Shown: positions 1-14,460 of the stretch, in pieces
Numbering within the stretch: position 1 is the stretch's first letter
How the letters are laid out: each line of letters starts with the position of its first letter
DNA from: Trichoplax adhaerens
Lineage: Eukaryota > Animalia > Placozoa
Direction: 5' to 3'
Assembly (NCBI RefSeq): GCF_000150275.1
Contig: NW_002060976.1
Location: forward strand, 377,626 to 441,625
Length of the DNA: 64,000 nt
Position numbers and translations under genes: made by a program
The notes under the pieces: model-generated
Told to the model about the DNA's origin: nothing
Seen by the model: the letters and a program-made list of their open reading frames with translations, nothing else
The model's database searches: none

Positions 1-1504
1 TGTAATCAATTCCTGAGGAAGTAGGAAACTTCTATGCAACAATAAATTGCCTCTTAAATTACCCTACTAAGCTGTCTTGCATTTCATGATGGTATTAATG
101 CTAGAGATATGAAAGTTTTAAATCTATAGTCATTTACTGTAAATGATTAGGCGTGATCAGGGAACAAAGATCTTAGTAGTGCCAACCATTTACAGAACCT
201 ATCTTTAATTTCAGTTTAAAGATTCTATCAATTCTTTTTTCTTGACCTATACAGGCATGTACACCTGCTAATATGCTCATTTCTTCTTGTTCAGAACTTA
301 ACCTTCCTCGTAAAATTCTTTACATCAATAAACTAAACTTTATTCATTGCAGCTGCTACAGTAAATAAAGAGTATATATGATTCATCGTAAGCAGTTTCT
401 TACGTAATGCCAAGACAATCATTTATTGCAGTTCGACTTTTTCTACAAGACACGTACTATAATACATGACAAATACGATGTAGAACATTGCTCATACTTT
501 AGCAAGGATATAGGTAGATAAAATAGCCACAAAACCAAATACAACTTCTATACACTTATAATTACAAATATTCGCTATAGCTTCCTTAGACTTTCATGTA
601 ATCTTCCATTAACGTTTTTCTTCCTTGAAAGTATACCGCTTAGAAAGTAAGCTATCACTAAATGATTTTTAAATTTTGCTATTATTCCATACCTCATGAT
701 CTATTTTTTTATCATCTGTTTTGAAATCTCTAGTACATTTCATGCTCAGACTTTATGATTATTTTTTTCGATTGTCGAATATTGCTAGCAAACGGCTTCG
801 CAAAATAAGTATACACAATCTACGTAAGTACCGAATTGAACTAGACATGTAGTCAATGAAGTAAACCATAACTAATTTAGCCAATGTTACCAACTAATCC
901 ACTTTCAGTCCAGGCTGAATTTATAATACACATCAAGGACTTTTCGTTGCTGTTATAAAAACTCATCAACGCGGCCTTACTTACCAATTTTACTAATTTT
1001 TATTTTATTCATATTGACGCATTCATGATAAACTTATATGATCATACCATTGACCAATTCTAATTACGGGTAATAGTAAAACATCGAAGATAAGGAAATA
1101 TGTAATAATCTGATTAAAATACGCTAGAACCTTCAACTTGAGATAAATTTACGCAAAGTCCTGTATAAAGTATACGAGTGTGCTGCTATTTTGTCGTAGA
1201 AGATTTACTATTCTGCTTTGTATATCACATTCATCACCTGAGTAGTGTTAACAAAAGTACTTTGAAATAGTCCGCAAAGGCAACTTAGTCTTGCTCTCCT
1301 ATATTGCAGTTAGTTACGTATGTACAGACAGATTCTCGAATCTAGTGGATATTATACTCCGTTACTCATATTTAACCATCTTTAATCTACTACTTCACAT
1401 ACCAGTTACATAATATAGTAAGGATAGAATACTACAACCATGAATTGGAGAAATCGCCCTATCCTAAGTTAGATTTCATTATCGGTTGAATACCTTGAAC
1501 TTAG

Positions 1505-2566
1505 CTAAATTTTGTTTTCTGATAAAGATAAATTGATCATATCGGGCTGATCGCTTTTCCGTTTGATATATGAACAGGTAAAAATAGATCGCAACGATTG
1601 CTTACACTCTGGAAAAAAGTGAGCATAGATAACGGGATTTGCGATGCATTTACTAACAGTAATAAGCTGACAAATCAAGTAGGTAATCTGGTAACGGCGA
1701 TAATAGCCTAAGCGATATCGAAGGTATCCAAAATTATAGACAAAATAGAAAATGTATTCCGGAGTCCAAAAGAGTAGCAATGTAATCATTAGAATTAATG
1801 TCATTTTTGCCCATTTTTTGTGTATCGTTATATCACCATAGGTAACTGTTATTGCAGAATTTGTAGCTGTATCGTCAATCTTGATATTTCTTTTAATTTG
1901 ATAATAAAGTATTACTACGATGATCAAAGGGATAACATAAAGTGTTACGTAGAGAGAGATACAATAAATATGGTATGGATCTTGAAAATTACTATAATGG
2001 CGACCGATATAGACGAAGCAAACACGAACAGCATCATCATAATACGCTACTGGCCCGATAAATAAGCCATAGGCATATGTATAAGCTGTGAAAAGGAGGT
2101 CGGGAAAAGTGGCAGCTAGTGCTGTAAAAAAGATGGCTGCTAAAATAATTCTTTTACATGTTGTAGAAGGACTTGGATTAGCTGATTTGACAATAACTCG
2201 ATATTGATGGATAGCCATAGCAACAACAGTTAGAGATGGACCGGCATTGCATAGGACAGGTAAGAGATTGAAAAAATAGCAAAGAAACGATCCAAACGGC
2301 CACGGAATCGATTTTCGGACTAATGCTAACGGCCAGTAGAGTACAAGTAATACGATATCATAAATGACCAAACTAGTAACCAAGTAAAAAAAGAGATCTC
2401 GGACGTTATGTAATCCTTTCTTGATTAACGAAACTAAGATAGTGATATTTGTTATAATACCCAAAGATAAAATGATTGCTGATGGAATATAAGCCACAAG
2501 CTGCATGGCTAAAGGTGAAATATCTTTAAAATCATCTGTAATGGGATTTCGCTCGCTGTTGTTCAT
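1505..2566 (-). CDS. Class A (rhodopsin-like) GPCR 1, intronless, orphan
   Basis: Seven hydrophobic segments. TM1 GxxxN, TM2 YD, ECL1 WPFGSFLC, HQY in place of DRY, TM6 FWTP, TM7 NPVIY. First ATG is at 2566 (the ORF track starts at a non-ATG codon at 2608). Confidence 0.92.
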   Translation of the reverse strand: MNNSERNPITDDFKDISPLAMQLVAYIPSAIILSLGIITNITILVSLIKKGLHNVRDLFFYLVTSLVIYDIVLLVLYWPLALVRKSIPWPFGSFLCYFFNLLPVLCNAGPSLTVVAMAIHQYRVIVKSANPSPSTTCKRIILAAIFFTALAATFPDLLFTAYTYAYGLFIGPVAYYDDAVRVCFVYIGRHYSNFQDPYHIYCISLYVTLYVIPLIIVVILYYQIKRNIKIDDTATNSAITVTYGDITIHKKWAKMTLILMITLLLFWTPEYIFYFVYNFGYLRYRLGYYRRYQITYLICQLITVSKCIANPVIYAHFFPECKQSLRSIFTCSYIKRKSDQPDMINLSLSENKI

Positions 2567-3479
2567 ATTTTGATTAGTCTTTGCAATATCCAAACGTGGA
2601 AATATCAATTATGCAATAACTTATTTAAAACACCAATCAAATATGCTAATGGCAGGATGAAGGACGTAAGAAACAATTATTTTACGAGTGTGAGTAAGTA
2701 ACTTGGATATTTGTTAAGCTTTCCTCAGATATTTTCGTATGTTCGCAGTCCAGCAAAAGCAAATTCAATTTTCTGTCCCTTAGAGAAGATAAAATTCTAC
2801 TTTCAAGAATATCAACATCGTAGTTGTAACGATTGCATCAAGAGGTGTTTTAAACCCAGATAAGAGTTAATTAAATATTAGCCCTAATCTAGACAACCAA
2901 TTTTATATTGATGATTTCCAACAAAGAATACGATTTAGGCCTCGGATAAATATTGTAGATCATCGTACCTTAATTATACCTGAAACGAAATAAAAGCAAT
3001 GCGGAAGTAATAAAGGATTCGACGCCAAGAAATTAGCATGACAATCTTTTTCAGCGACAACAAAGGCTCGGATTTTTTCAGGATTTATGTCAATAAATAG
3101 TACTTATTACCATTAAGTTCTTTGCATATGAGAAAAAATCAGCTAGATATAAATTAGAAGGCAATTTACAAAATTATTTTTACAAAGATACCGGTTTAAT
3201 TTGGTAGTTTAGCGACTTAGTCCTTAACGTTGTATTGCAGAATCTTGAATTTTAAGAAAACACGATCATCACAATATTTTATAATTGTTTGGATTCTCAC
3301 ACGGCTAGAGATTTTTTCCTTACAAGAATAAGCAGGATCGTTTATATAGAATCTGTTAAACAAAATAGGTCATACTAGCATGAGGGATAAGACTTAGTGC
3401 TTAATAGTCTAATAATTCGTGATCGTAACCAACGAAAAAATCGAACCAAATTAACCAAATTCGGCCTAAAAAACTTATG

Positions 3480-3765
3480 AGATCCTAATCGTATTTCGAT
3501 ATTTTAGCGATAGTAGTAAAAGTATGTTATACATATGAAGATGTCCCCATAATTATCTATTACTTTTTGTAGCAGCACTACAGAAAACTCGGATTTAAAT
3601 AGCTAAACTATTTTTCAAAATTCGGTCTAAAAATTGTGGAATCCTACATTTCCATCTTTTATCGATATTGTTACAAGTCCATAAGCACAGGAAGATATAG
3701 TGAGAATCCGCTATTTTTTATAACAATACTACAGAAAACGTGGATTTAGATAGCTAAATTATCTA
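3480..3765. repeat. Degenerate direct duplication, ~150 bp period
   Basis: actacagaaaac.cggattta.atagctaaa at ~3577 and ~3728, with similar upstream sequence. Confidence 0.55.
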
Positions 3766-5753
3766 TAGAATAAAAGCAATGCTTACCGAAAGTTATTGCA
3801 CAACCCGTAATTTCTTTAATTATTCTCTGACTTTAGCTTACTCTAGTTTTCATAACAGTTCACCATTTCTCAAACAGAAAATAGACTATTCTTAAAGGAT
3901 CCATTCAGCGATAATTACTCTTTATTGTGAATGAAGTTCGTAATTCGCCAACACAAAACTTGAGTTATTACGATAGTGCAAATCACTATGGCGATACATC
4001 ATAACCTACACCTTAATTACCTTTGAAAACACTCGAACAGCAGTTCTATACAACTTTTCTAAAACACAATCAAATACTCCTCTACAATATTCTATTCAGC
4101 AGTTTGAAATCAGGGTAGGAAACTACTCACAAATACAATTTTATATTGTCACCAGCTACTGACTTTTCCGTACTTAGTATAAACAGAACAGGTGCACCAT
4201 TTAATTACGCCAGCCATAGTCTACAAATTAATTTATCAAGCACAAACGACTATTCTTTCTCATATAGAGCTTTACTTATATTACTGTCATGCACTTTAAA
4301 AAAATATTATTTTACGAATTTAGTTAAAATTACTACTCTCTTTGAGATAGATTCAATCTCTGCCGGATATTTTAATATTTCTGAAGCTTTTAGTTTGTAT
4401 ATGTTGCCGTATTACTTTTAAGAACATCTATATAAATCAGTCAATTAATTTCTGCCTCATTAAGGAATGGACATAAGTTAAAAGAAGTAAATGGATACTG
4501 AGTTTGTAAATGTTATAATAAATGTAATAAGATATCTATACAGGAAGGTAAGCTTGATATGATCACTAGAGTATAATACTTAAAAATAACAATATTAGCT
4601 TCTCAAATGAATGATTCACGGGAATGGAGTTACATAGGTGACATTTGGAGGCCATTTTATTAATTTTTGGCACTATTTATGTACAAAAATATCATTATAT
4701 TAATTACTGATTAACATATCACAACTTTATCTTATGTTCTTTTAAGACTTTTTTCTTTTAATCTATTTTATATTCATAGAAAGAGAAAATTTGAGACATA
4801 AGACTACTAAATTCGTCTTGAAGATGTAATTTGGATTTAATTTTTATTTCTAATTTCAGTTTTTTTTCGAACAATCCAGTTTCTGCTTTTAAGATACTCG
4901 AACTAGAGCTCTAACTCTACCACAATAAATGCTAGCAATACGATATTATACTCATCAAGATGGTCTTAGTCCTAATATATTTTCATGATCGTAAAATTTC
5001 ACAAATAAATAAACTTAACAATATAATAACTAGATGCTTATTTTGGTCTAGTTTTCAGCATATTCCATCGTTATACCATATCGTATTTTTCTAATTTTTC
5101 AAATAAATATAATCGATGCGACTAGCATCAATAACGTTGTTGTTAATTAAACGTTCTAAACCTAACAATAAATCATAATTGCTCTCGTTCACCTCAATTT
5201 CTATTGAATTTTGCATTATGCCATTTAGCATGTTCTAGCCTATCCGTAAAATCGAACTATTTTCAGAAGCAATTACATAATTTCTAGTCCGAGTAGAACA
5301 CCTTAAAGCTAACTACACAATAAAATTGCGATAATATTAGCTTTATTACCTACTATTTTAATATCCTACACTTCTATTTTACTAATCTACTGAGTGAAAA
5401 ATACCAATCGTTCCTAAGAACATCCAGCCATAAATGTGTTATTTCCAGCTCTAATGAAATATTTTAAAGTTAGCAATACCATACTATGGTGATTATGATG
5501 TTAGCCTTGACTGCAGAGTACCATCTGATCATTTTTAGTAATAAATGCGTTAACACGCCTATCATAGGTAAGCTAAAATAGATTGGAATTTTGATATACA
5601 GGCACTAAAGCACTAAAATAGCTTACTAAAGGAATATGTAAGCTGATATACTCGATTGTTGCTAAGGAGAACTAGTCAAAGTTAATGACAAGTACTTACC
5701 ACTGATCCTATTAGGGTCAATATGCGGTATTGACATCTTCAGTCCCTTCCTAT

Positions 5754-6824
5754 CTACTCCTTATTATCTTTTTCAACAGCAGATAATAAAGGAGCAACTT
5801 CATTTGGTCGCAATGGCTGAACTACCAAATCTGATGAGGGCGATCCAAAACATTGCTTTAACAAATAAATTAATGGATGCTTAATGTAGGGGCAAAAATA
5901 TGCATAAATGACAGGATTAATAGCACACTTGCTAATGCCCATTAACTTTGAAATTAGTCGAAGGAGATAGAATACATAGTGCTGATTAACAGTCATTCCT
6001 GCGCCATAGACATCTCTAAAATTACAAATAAATAATGGAGTCCATACGATTACATGCGTTATCATCAAGACTAAAACCATTTGAATCATTTTCTTGTGTG
6101 AATCTATCATTTCTTTCTCATCCACTGATTCTGGCTGAGAGAAATGATGCTTGGTTTTTGCGAATATTATGATCACTATAATCAATGGCAGTATGTAAAG
6201 TAAGACATATCCACAGGTATAATAGATTTGCTCCGAACGCCTTAATATAATAGTGTTATTATGGAACTGAAACTGTGGTAAAGCTAAATGACAGCTTAAA
6301 CCGAGTATTGCAGTACTCGTGGATCCACTATACAGTGAAAATGGAACATAATTAAAATCTACATCTGTAAATATAATCGATGGTAATGAGAAAGCCAAAG
6401 CAATTATGGCTATAATGATGACGGTTGCCAATTTCCATTCACTTTTAACATTAGAAATGGTAACTTTTACTGCGATTTGATAACGATCAATAGCCATGGC
6501 AACAATGGTTAATGCTGAAGCTGCATTAAAATAAACCGTAAAGCCATTGCAGATATGACACAAGATTTCGCCGAAATACCAATGGTTGAAGATTTGATTG
6601 AGCTCATAGGGCCAATATAGTAAGAGAGTTAAGATGTCATAGAGTGCTAAACTAGCAAGTAAGCAGTGAAATTTATCCAAGGTTTTATATTTTCTGTTCC
6701 TGAATATAATAATCAGGACATATATATTGGCAATCCACCCTGAGGATAGAATGATAACCGAAGATATGGCTGCGGTTAATTGCATCGCTAAAAGCGATAT
6801 TATAGATTGCCCCAATGAAGGCAT
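5754..6824 (-). CDS. Class A GPCR 2, intronless, orphan
   Basis: 356-aa ORF with 7 TM segments. WYFGEILC, canonical DRY, VWTP, NPVIY. Shares the MQL.A.ISSVIILS.G...N start of TM1 with its neighbours. Confidence 0.93.
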   Translation of the reverse strand: MPSLGQSIISLLAMQLTAAISSVIILSSGWIANIYVLIIIFRNRKYKTLDKFHCLLASLALYDILTLLLYWPYELNQIFNHWYFGEILCHICNGFTVYFNAASALTIVAMAIDRYQIAVKVTISNVKSEWKLATVIIIAIIALAFSLPSIIFTDVDFNYVPFSLYSGSTSTAILGLSCHLALPQFQFHNNTIILRRSEQIYYTCGYVLLYILPLIIVIIIFAKTKHHFSQPESVDEKEMIDSHKKMIQMVLVLMITHVIVWTPLFICNFRDVYGAGMTVNQHYVFYLLRLISKLMGISKCAINPVIYAYFCPYIKHPLIYLLKQCFGSPSSDLVVQPLRPNEVAPLLSAVEKDNKE

Positions 6825-9800
6825 GATGGCAACATAGGCTAAAAATAGGTCCTACTTCTGCTACTAAACTGAATAAAGTGAAGGTATGTGCGCAGTTTAT
6901 ATAGTAATGGTTGCAAACCTTTGAACTGTATTTTAGAACCAGTTCGCTATATTGTATCTTGTTCACACAAGCAAACTACCAGTACTAACGTATTTTCAAT
7001 CTTTTATATATGTAGTATCCTGGTTCTGCTACATCAGAATTATCTAAAATTGGAATATCAACGATTATTTCTCATCTGAATTTATATTCTGGCTGACTCA
7101 GAACAATGAAGTATTTACATGCAGCACAATACTTTACGGTATTCAAAGGAACATCTTTTTAAGTCTAAGACATTAAAAATTAATAGTGGTGCGGTAAAAT
7201 AAGAAATAATATAATTGATAATTAGTCATGAACACTAAATAATTAATTTCAAACTAGGTAAACATGAAACCGATTGGCAATTGGTTAGTATTGACGAATA
7301 CATAAGAACAATATTCGTATGTAATATACACTGGCCTGAATGCTTTTAGTTTCATAACAACGAATCGTTTCTGTTGAAATTCTAGCAAATAAAAAGTAAG
7401 AAATTTTTAAATTAAAGTATTACAAATACATTTTGCAATTGCATAAAATTGATTAAAACAAATCAATTAATTTCCAAACCTATCGTGTAAGGTATTAATA
7501 ATTAAGCATATTTTCAAACTGAAATATAGATCACTGCAATAGGAAAAATCCTAAGCCTGATCCATTTATACTGAGAAATATTTATTTAAACAGAAAAAGT
7601 AAAAAAATCTCGCATTGAAATAGTAGAAAGTATTAGATTTATTTGTCACTTTAATAACCAACACTTGATTAACAAATACCCATAAAAGTTGGTTTATTGT
7701 ATTGATAAAAATAGAGGCTTAGACGATACAAATTGAATAATCTTAATTTTTGATATATTTTTAATTCATGGTTTTACCCTCCAGATTACATATCGTATCA
7801 AAAGGAAATTATCAATTAGAATATTAAATAATTGTACTAGTGTTTCTATGGAATCAATATCGTATTGTTCTCTAGCATGCTGGCACGTAGCATGAGGTAT
7901 TTAAAAATTTTCTCTATCTTTAGTTAATTCACTCTATTTTTACGATGTTGTGTAGCTCTTTGCAAACTCATCATAAGGTATTTTAGTCATCATTCGATTA
8001 AAAAGATTGCAGAATTAATAATATCTCAGATTCAGTAAACTCATAATAGCTAACTGTCATTAGCTGCATAAAGCCATCAATATAACAAAGTGTAAGCTAT
8101 TAGTTAAATAAATTTTTCTTTTTTTCGTATCTTATTCTCACTCAATTAATGCTATATATTTAAATACTACGATTTGCTATTCATTATTTAATGTTGTCCT
8201 ATAGAGTTATATTGCATACTATAAATGGTATAATACGATAAGTAGTGTAGGCCAGTAAATGCAGGAAGTTGATCAATTAATATTGTAGTTATATATGCCA
8301 TCACCTGTTCTGTTAAGATGCTGCTGCTCACATACATACGTGTGAACACATGATGGTTCCTCTTGAACTGTTTAAATAATATCATCTAATTTCCGTAGCT
8401 TGAATACGTGTGTCAAATCAGAAGCAAAACGGAAGCAGATAAGATATACAAGCGGCCAATTTTCTCGAGTATTTATTGCATATAACATTAGATTTAGCGT
8501 TCATAGCACGATTAGGACATTACAGCAGCTTATATTATAAACTCTGCTTGTATGCCGCTTTCAATATCATATCCAGGGCTGAACAAAAACTCTCAAAAGT
8601 TAATCATTGAGCTGAAAAGATACCTATTTATTTATTACAGCAGACATCATTAGTAATGGATGATTAATTCAGTAAAGCGTTTAATTACAAGTAAATCACA
8701 GTTAAAAATGTATAGAAATTTTATCCAAAGTATCAATGCACAAATGCATATTGTATCTAATTCATTCAGAAGTATAATTGATTATAAAATATTATCCTAT
8801 TCATAACAAAATTAGAAATCATTAGTCTTATCTCTAATTTATTACATTTCACATATCATACACTGTAAGTCTACAGCCATAAATGACGATACTACAGTAT
8901 TCGATTTATATGCAAGGCTAATTAGGAAAGTATACAATTTACTTGTGTACGTTTATATCATAGACTACACTTCTAATACCCAACTAAAGACTGGTGAAAT
9001 TGTAATAATATATAAATATGAATTCTAAATTTTGGAAATTTGGGTAGGAAATCACAATGATCAGATTTGTATTATGATTACAGTATTAACTGATTGATTC
9101 TGCTTTGATAAATTATCATGATGTGACTCACTAATACGATATTTTGGAATAATACCTGACTTTACCATCCAGTAATTATGGTCTACTGCTTTAATTTTCA
9201 TAATTTTCATAAGTACACAATATTTTGCCTTTATATCCGGAACAAAGCTGCATTAGCTGGCATTTTTAAAATGTCAAAAACGTCTATATTTATTCGATAG
9301 TTGCATTAGCGGTTCATAAAATGCAAATGTTCTAAAAATATTTCTTTATTAATAATATTGATTTTAAATTTTAGGTGTTATTTTCGTCTCCAGATGATGT
9401 CACAACTCACAACAATGTAATATTGTTCAAAGATTCTAAAAACGTGAAAATTTTACGTTCTACCGATCGCATTATTTATAACATATCGTAAGGCTAGTTA
9501 TAGAAGTAGAAAATTTTCATAAAGCTTGGAGGCCATGTTGGGAAGAAGTTGTATCGGGATTGTTATGTTTTTATGCAATTAGTTCTCCTCCGTGAGTAAG
9601 ATTTGTAACTGACTTTATTATTAAAATTTCTGAGTATTTATAGATATTCCAGCTTACACCTTTTGCCTTTTGCGTCGTTGCCTTTTACACATACATCTAA
9701 TTACTAACTATTATAGCTACCGTTTACTTTACAACATATGCATATCTATAATAAATTATCAGTCCGCCTTGTACAATATAATCATGTACGGTAATACAAG

Positions 9801-10398
9801 CCTACATACAGGTCATCAGATTATTAGTGCTTATATAGATGATATTCTAATCATATACTTAACAATCTATGTAATAGCTTACGTAACATATATGGTAATT
9901 TCTAACACTATGTAGTAAAGGACTAAAATAGAGTCCTTTATAGCTTTTAGTATGTAACTAGTATTATTTTACTATAGAAAATACCTATGAAGTGATAGTG
10001 TCTTTAAGTTTTACCCTGCCAAATCATCATGTCGCCATCTTTTCTTCTTCATTATTTTACAAGGTATTATAGAGATTACTATAGAAATAGCCCTAGAGCA
10101 ATTGCCTAATCTAAAGAAAGGGCGTTTGATAGTCTATTCAAATTATAAACGAATTTGACTTGGTAACAAAACCCTATCCATAGAGAAAGGGGATTTATAA
10201 CGTGACAGTAAAGTACTGTAATGTAGTCTATAATCGTAGAATTACCGTACTGCTTGAAGCTAAAATATCAACTGTCAATACTAAGCGATACTAATGTCAG
10301 AAAAGTAGTCGTAATAGTCTTATAAAATTTCATGATAAGCGATTACTGTGATCTTTATAAAATCCGGAATTTTGGGATTCGGATTCCAGAACCGGTCG

Positions 10399-10475
10399 AA
10401 TTTATCTGTTATAATTTATCTGTTTTAATTTATCTGTTTTAATTTATCTGTTATAATTTTTCTGTTTTAATTTTT
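10399..10475. repeat. 14-bp minisatellite (aatttatctgttwt) x ~5
   Basis: Directly visible tandem units. Confidence 0.9.
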
Positions 10476-13400
10476 GGATTTTAGTTTATGGAAAATATCG
10501 TAAGAGTTGATTTTTGAAATTTGAACTTTTTGTTATGAATTTCAAACTTTGGAATTTTATTACGTGACATTAGGAAAGTTTAGTTAGGAAAATAGAAAAT
10601 AAGATGGAAATTGGCAGAGGTTGTGTTCATTGTTAAGTAGTTGGACTTATTTGTATGACTAAATCTTGATATTTAAAGGTTAATTTTTAGACTTTTATAA
10701 TGTATTAACGATAGAAATTATGTTAGAAGTGAAGTTTGATGTATTTTATAGTTAACTTGTTGGTTTTATAGTGTTTTGTAAAGGAATCATAGGGCAAATT
10801 GTGTCTGAACTTTGAATGATTTTTGTTTTCTTAAATGGTGCAATGTAGTTTTGTAAAATGGATCTTAAGAGCGATTGGTTAATAAATGTTTAGTTTTAAA
10901 TACTTCTGACGGCTCCATGAAGCCTATAAATGATAGTGTAATTACAAAATTTTAGAGGGAGAGTAGAAGAAGAATTTATTTGAAGAACTTGTAGAATTTA
11001 AAAGGCCTTCGGGGTCGAATTGTCGTAAGTTAAAACGTTCTTCTTTTTGAAAAGTTGTTTGGTTGTTGACAGTTTTTAAGTCTGTCACTTATTTTATTAA
11101 TACTTAAAGCTAAGTATTTTTAAGGTTGTTCGGTTTATACTTATCTCTATTCTTTTTTTGTAATAAATTGTTGTTCGATAGTTTCCCCAAATTTTATTTG
11201 GTGTCAAATTTTCGTTAAGTCGACCGGAGTGCAACGAAAGTAGAATCAAAGTTTGTTAAAGTTTTGTAGCTTGATCTCTACACTTTTCATTTCATTACAA
11301 CTATTTACAACAGGGATCAGATTCTGTATCTTTAACTAAATACAGATATTTGACTCCATTGCAGATATTTTCGCCTGATCTCTATTTTAAGCTCAGCAAC
11401 AATCTCTAGCAACTTTCTTTTACAGTCATATACGCCGCTTCCTGATATCAGCGGTTGGCTCGTATAATTAATTGATTAGATATGCAGCTTTTTTAAAATT
11501 AACTTAATGATAGAGGATTTTAAATGCTGAAGTTTATTCCAACTTTACGTATTAAAAGGAAACACTTACAATCGTGAAAGAACTTTAAAACTTAATTTAT
11601 ATTGCAATAGTAGCTACTTTTCCGAAAAAACTACCGAGAATTTTTTACAGGATCATTTATTTACACAATTGCAAAAAGACCCATTTATCGATAGGAACTT
11701 TGAATATTGAGTTAGAATTTTAATCGCAATACAAATAAAATCTGTCACTGTTTTAGATCTGTTTGACGAATTTTCAGAAAGTTGCCATTATGCTCTGATA
11801 GACTACATTTTTTTACTATAGTTCTAAAATAGGAATTCGTACGATAACGACTGAATTTTATTTGAAAAAGAAATAAAGTTAATATTACGATCAGCTATTT
11901 AGGAGAAAGTGTTGTGAAGGCACGAAAATTAAGAAAAGATTGTGTCATACAGTAGGGATATTATACTATATGCAATTACGTATTAGATTCATAAGCTGAA
12001 TAATACGAAAGGCTACATAATATGTGATATCAAAATTAAATTCATACTCGAAATAAAGAGATCTAGTCACTATAAAGGGGTATAATTTAGTTAAGTTGAT
12101 GGAGATGCTAGTAAGGCCTGGCCCAATAAAATTGCAATAGAAAGGATATAAAAATTGGAAAAAAGAGAAAAACTTTCTCTGTATGATCGAATTACGGGAC
12201 AGAAATACACATGGAGAATATTGTTCACTGTTTATAATTATAATCAATTCATCATGACTACAAAATAAAAGTAAGCGGAATATATGCAAAATTTCAATAC
12301 AAATCGTAAGAACCTATTATCTAATTATACTACGAATACAGCTCTACATTCCATATCGAGGCTATTTGTTTGTTGAAATATAGTCGTACAGTACAAACTG
12401 TGGCCAGTAAATGACATGACAAGATCGAATCTCTATAGAAGAGGAAAATTTACCAATACCGTTAGAATTTTATGCTACCATTTATCGGTACCAGACTGCG
12501 CTATCAAGATGCTAAGCGACTTAATCTCTTGCATTACTTGGTTACTGAAAATGTTACACAAGTTACATAATATGTTAAAGTAGCTATAAAATTGCTCTTC
12601 AAAAAACTGGAAATTGTCCATAGCAACATTAATACAAAAAGATTTATTATAATTTCAAATATGATAATACTTTTATTGTAAATTAGCTGACTATACGCGT
12701 TCATAATGAACGGGAGAAACTACTCCTTTCTGACATATAATTAGTAAATCGACCTCGTGTGAACATCGCTACCCTGTAAATTAACGAAGACATTAATTCG
12801 AAATAAAAGGTTAGTATATCTAGCAAATTACTCATTTAGAAAATTACGGAGATGCCCTTGTGTCATGTAACCTAGTATTTACCTTAAGAGGTATTTCGGA
12901 GCTTATAGCCATATACTGTAGCAGAAGATTCTATTCTAGGGTGGAGACAACGATATACAGGACAGTAGGATGTCAAGTTACGGTTACAGTCACGGTCAGA
13001 AGTAAAACTAGAGCTATAATTCATATATTAGGATATAGTTAGTTCATTGTACCAGGGACTACTAGAGTTGTCCATGATCGTACAGTACTCCAACTAGTAG
13101 AAATATCGTCTGCGTAAAATACTGTAGTCATTTCCATATTGGATTAATGATGGTCCATTATAAAATGTTGTTACTACTAATAATAATAATCTGAATATGT
13201 GTAAAGTATGGTTGAATGTTACCATGCTGATTCTAGCTGCTAATACTACAAAAATTACATAAACTGGCAACTTAGATTATTCTAGCATTTCTTTCTGCAA
13301 ATCTATGGTAGTCGTATTCGGCTAGAGTAGGGCTGTGCGATGTGCATATATTATTTTTGTAAAAGATCTTTAATAAAGTTCGAATCTCCTATAAATTTTA

Positions 13401-13879
13401 GAATTTGGATAAGATCGGTTATATCACACCTTGTATAACTTCAAATTTAATGTCCTACTAATGCAGATTGTACATCGTCCTACGGCTATATCTTACATGA
13501 ACGAATCCTTCATTTCGATGTCATTACTATTAATAGAGCATGAAAATTGCAGCTCTACTTGGTCACTATTTATTAATTATTAGTACATCTATAGTTACAT
13601 AATTCAATCAACGAAATATTCTTAGCAAAAGATTTCAAGAAGAATATCCGCTAAAGAATATCACATAAATGCAGATCTAATGTAGCATAACACCATACAA
13701 AATAATTTTTTTTATTATTTCATAAACGTTTTCTATTTGTCAGTTGCAATAGTTTAATTCTAAATGCATGATTATATTTGCAACCGCAGTGTAAAGCTAA
13801 TCTTTTATATCAGATAATGTACTACCGATTATTCTGATGCCAAAAGTACTTTTCGTTGGACGATGTAATTCATAATATG

Positions 13880-14460
13880 AACACAACTATCTTCAATATA
13901 TAATTGCACTGAAACTATCATCAGTAAACGTAATATTTCTGTATATCCTTACAGCTGTGTGTGGAAACTTCAAAGTGGATTAATCTATTCTTGATTACAT
14001 TTTGTTGACATTGTATATTTTGCATGCAACCCATTTATAGCTAAAAGACTAGAAAGAGAGATATTATTCGATCAGCATTCAACGACTAACAAATATCACA
14101 ATAACGTTTCAAACTAAAATAGAAATTATCTTATTCATTACCACTCATAAAGCAATTATTTTGAACTGCATATTATGTTCTATATGCGCATATAATCTCT
14201 ATGCAACTATTACTAGTAAACGTAATTTTTCTGTATGAACGTAGCATTAAGTACAGGAATCTAGAAGTACATTAATCTATTCTTAATCACAATATCTTGA
14301 CAAGGTATTTTTGCATAGCACATATCAGCTGCCATCATTCGATTGCAGTTAAAAGACCAGAAAGCGAGACATAAGTTTAGCACCCTACAGTTAGCATAAA
14401 TATCCAAATATAGTTCCATACGAAAATAGAAATCTTATTTGCTGTCACTCATAGAGTGCT
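13880..14460. repeat. Degenerate tandem duplication, ~290 bp period
   Basis: agtaaacgtaat.tt.ctgtat, ttaatctattctt, aaaagac.agaaag.gaga and aaaatagaaat each occur twice at similar spacing. Confidence 0.6.

Noticed and set aside
1620-1665. TM7 lysine suggesting the GPCRs are opsins
   Set aside because: The Lys is 4 residues before the NPxxY Asn (7.45). The opsin Schiff-base Lys is 6 before (7.43).
8270-8470. Minus-strand EPSCVHTYVCEQ resembling the end of a C-type lectin domain
   Set aside because: Too short and surrounded by stops, with no other lectin motifs.
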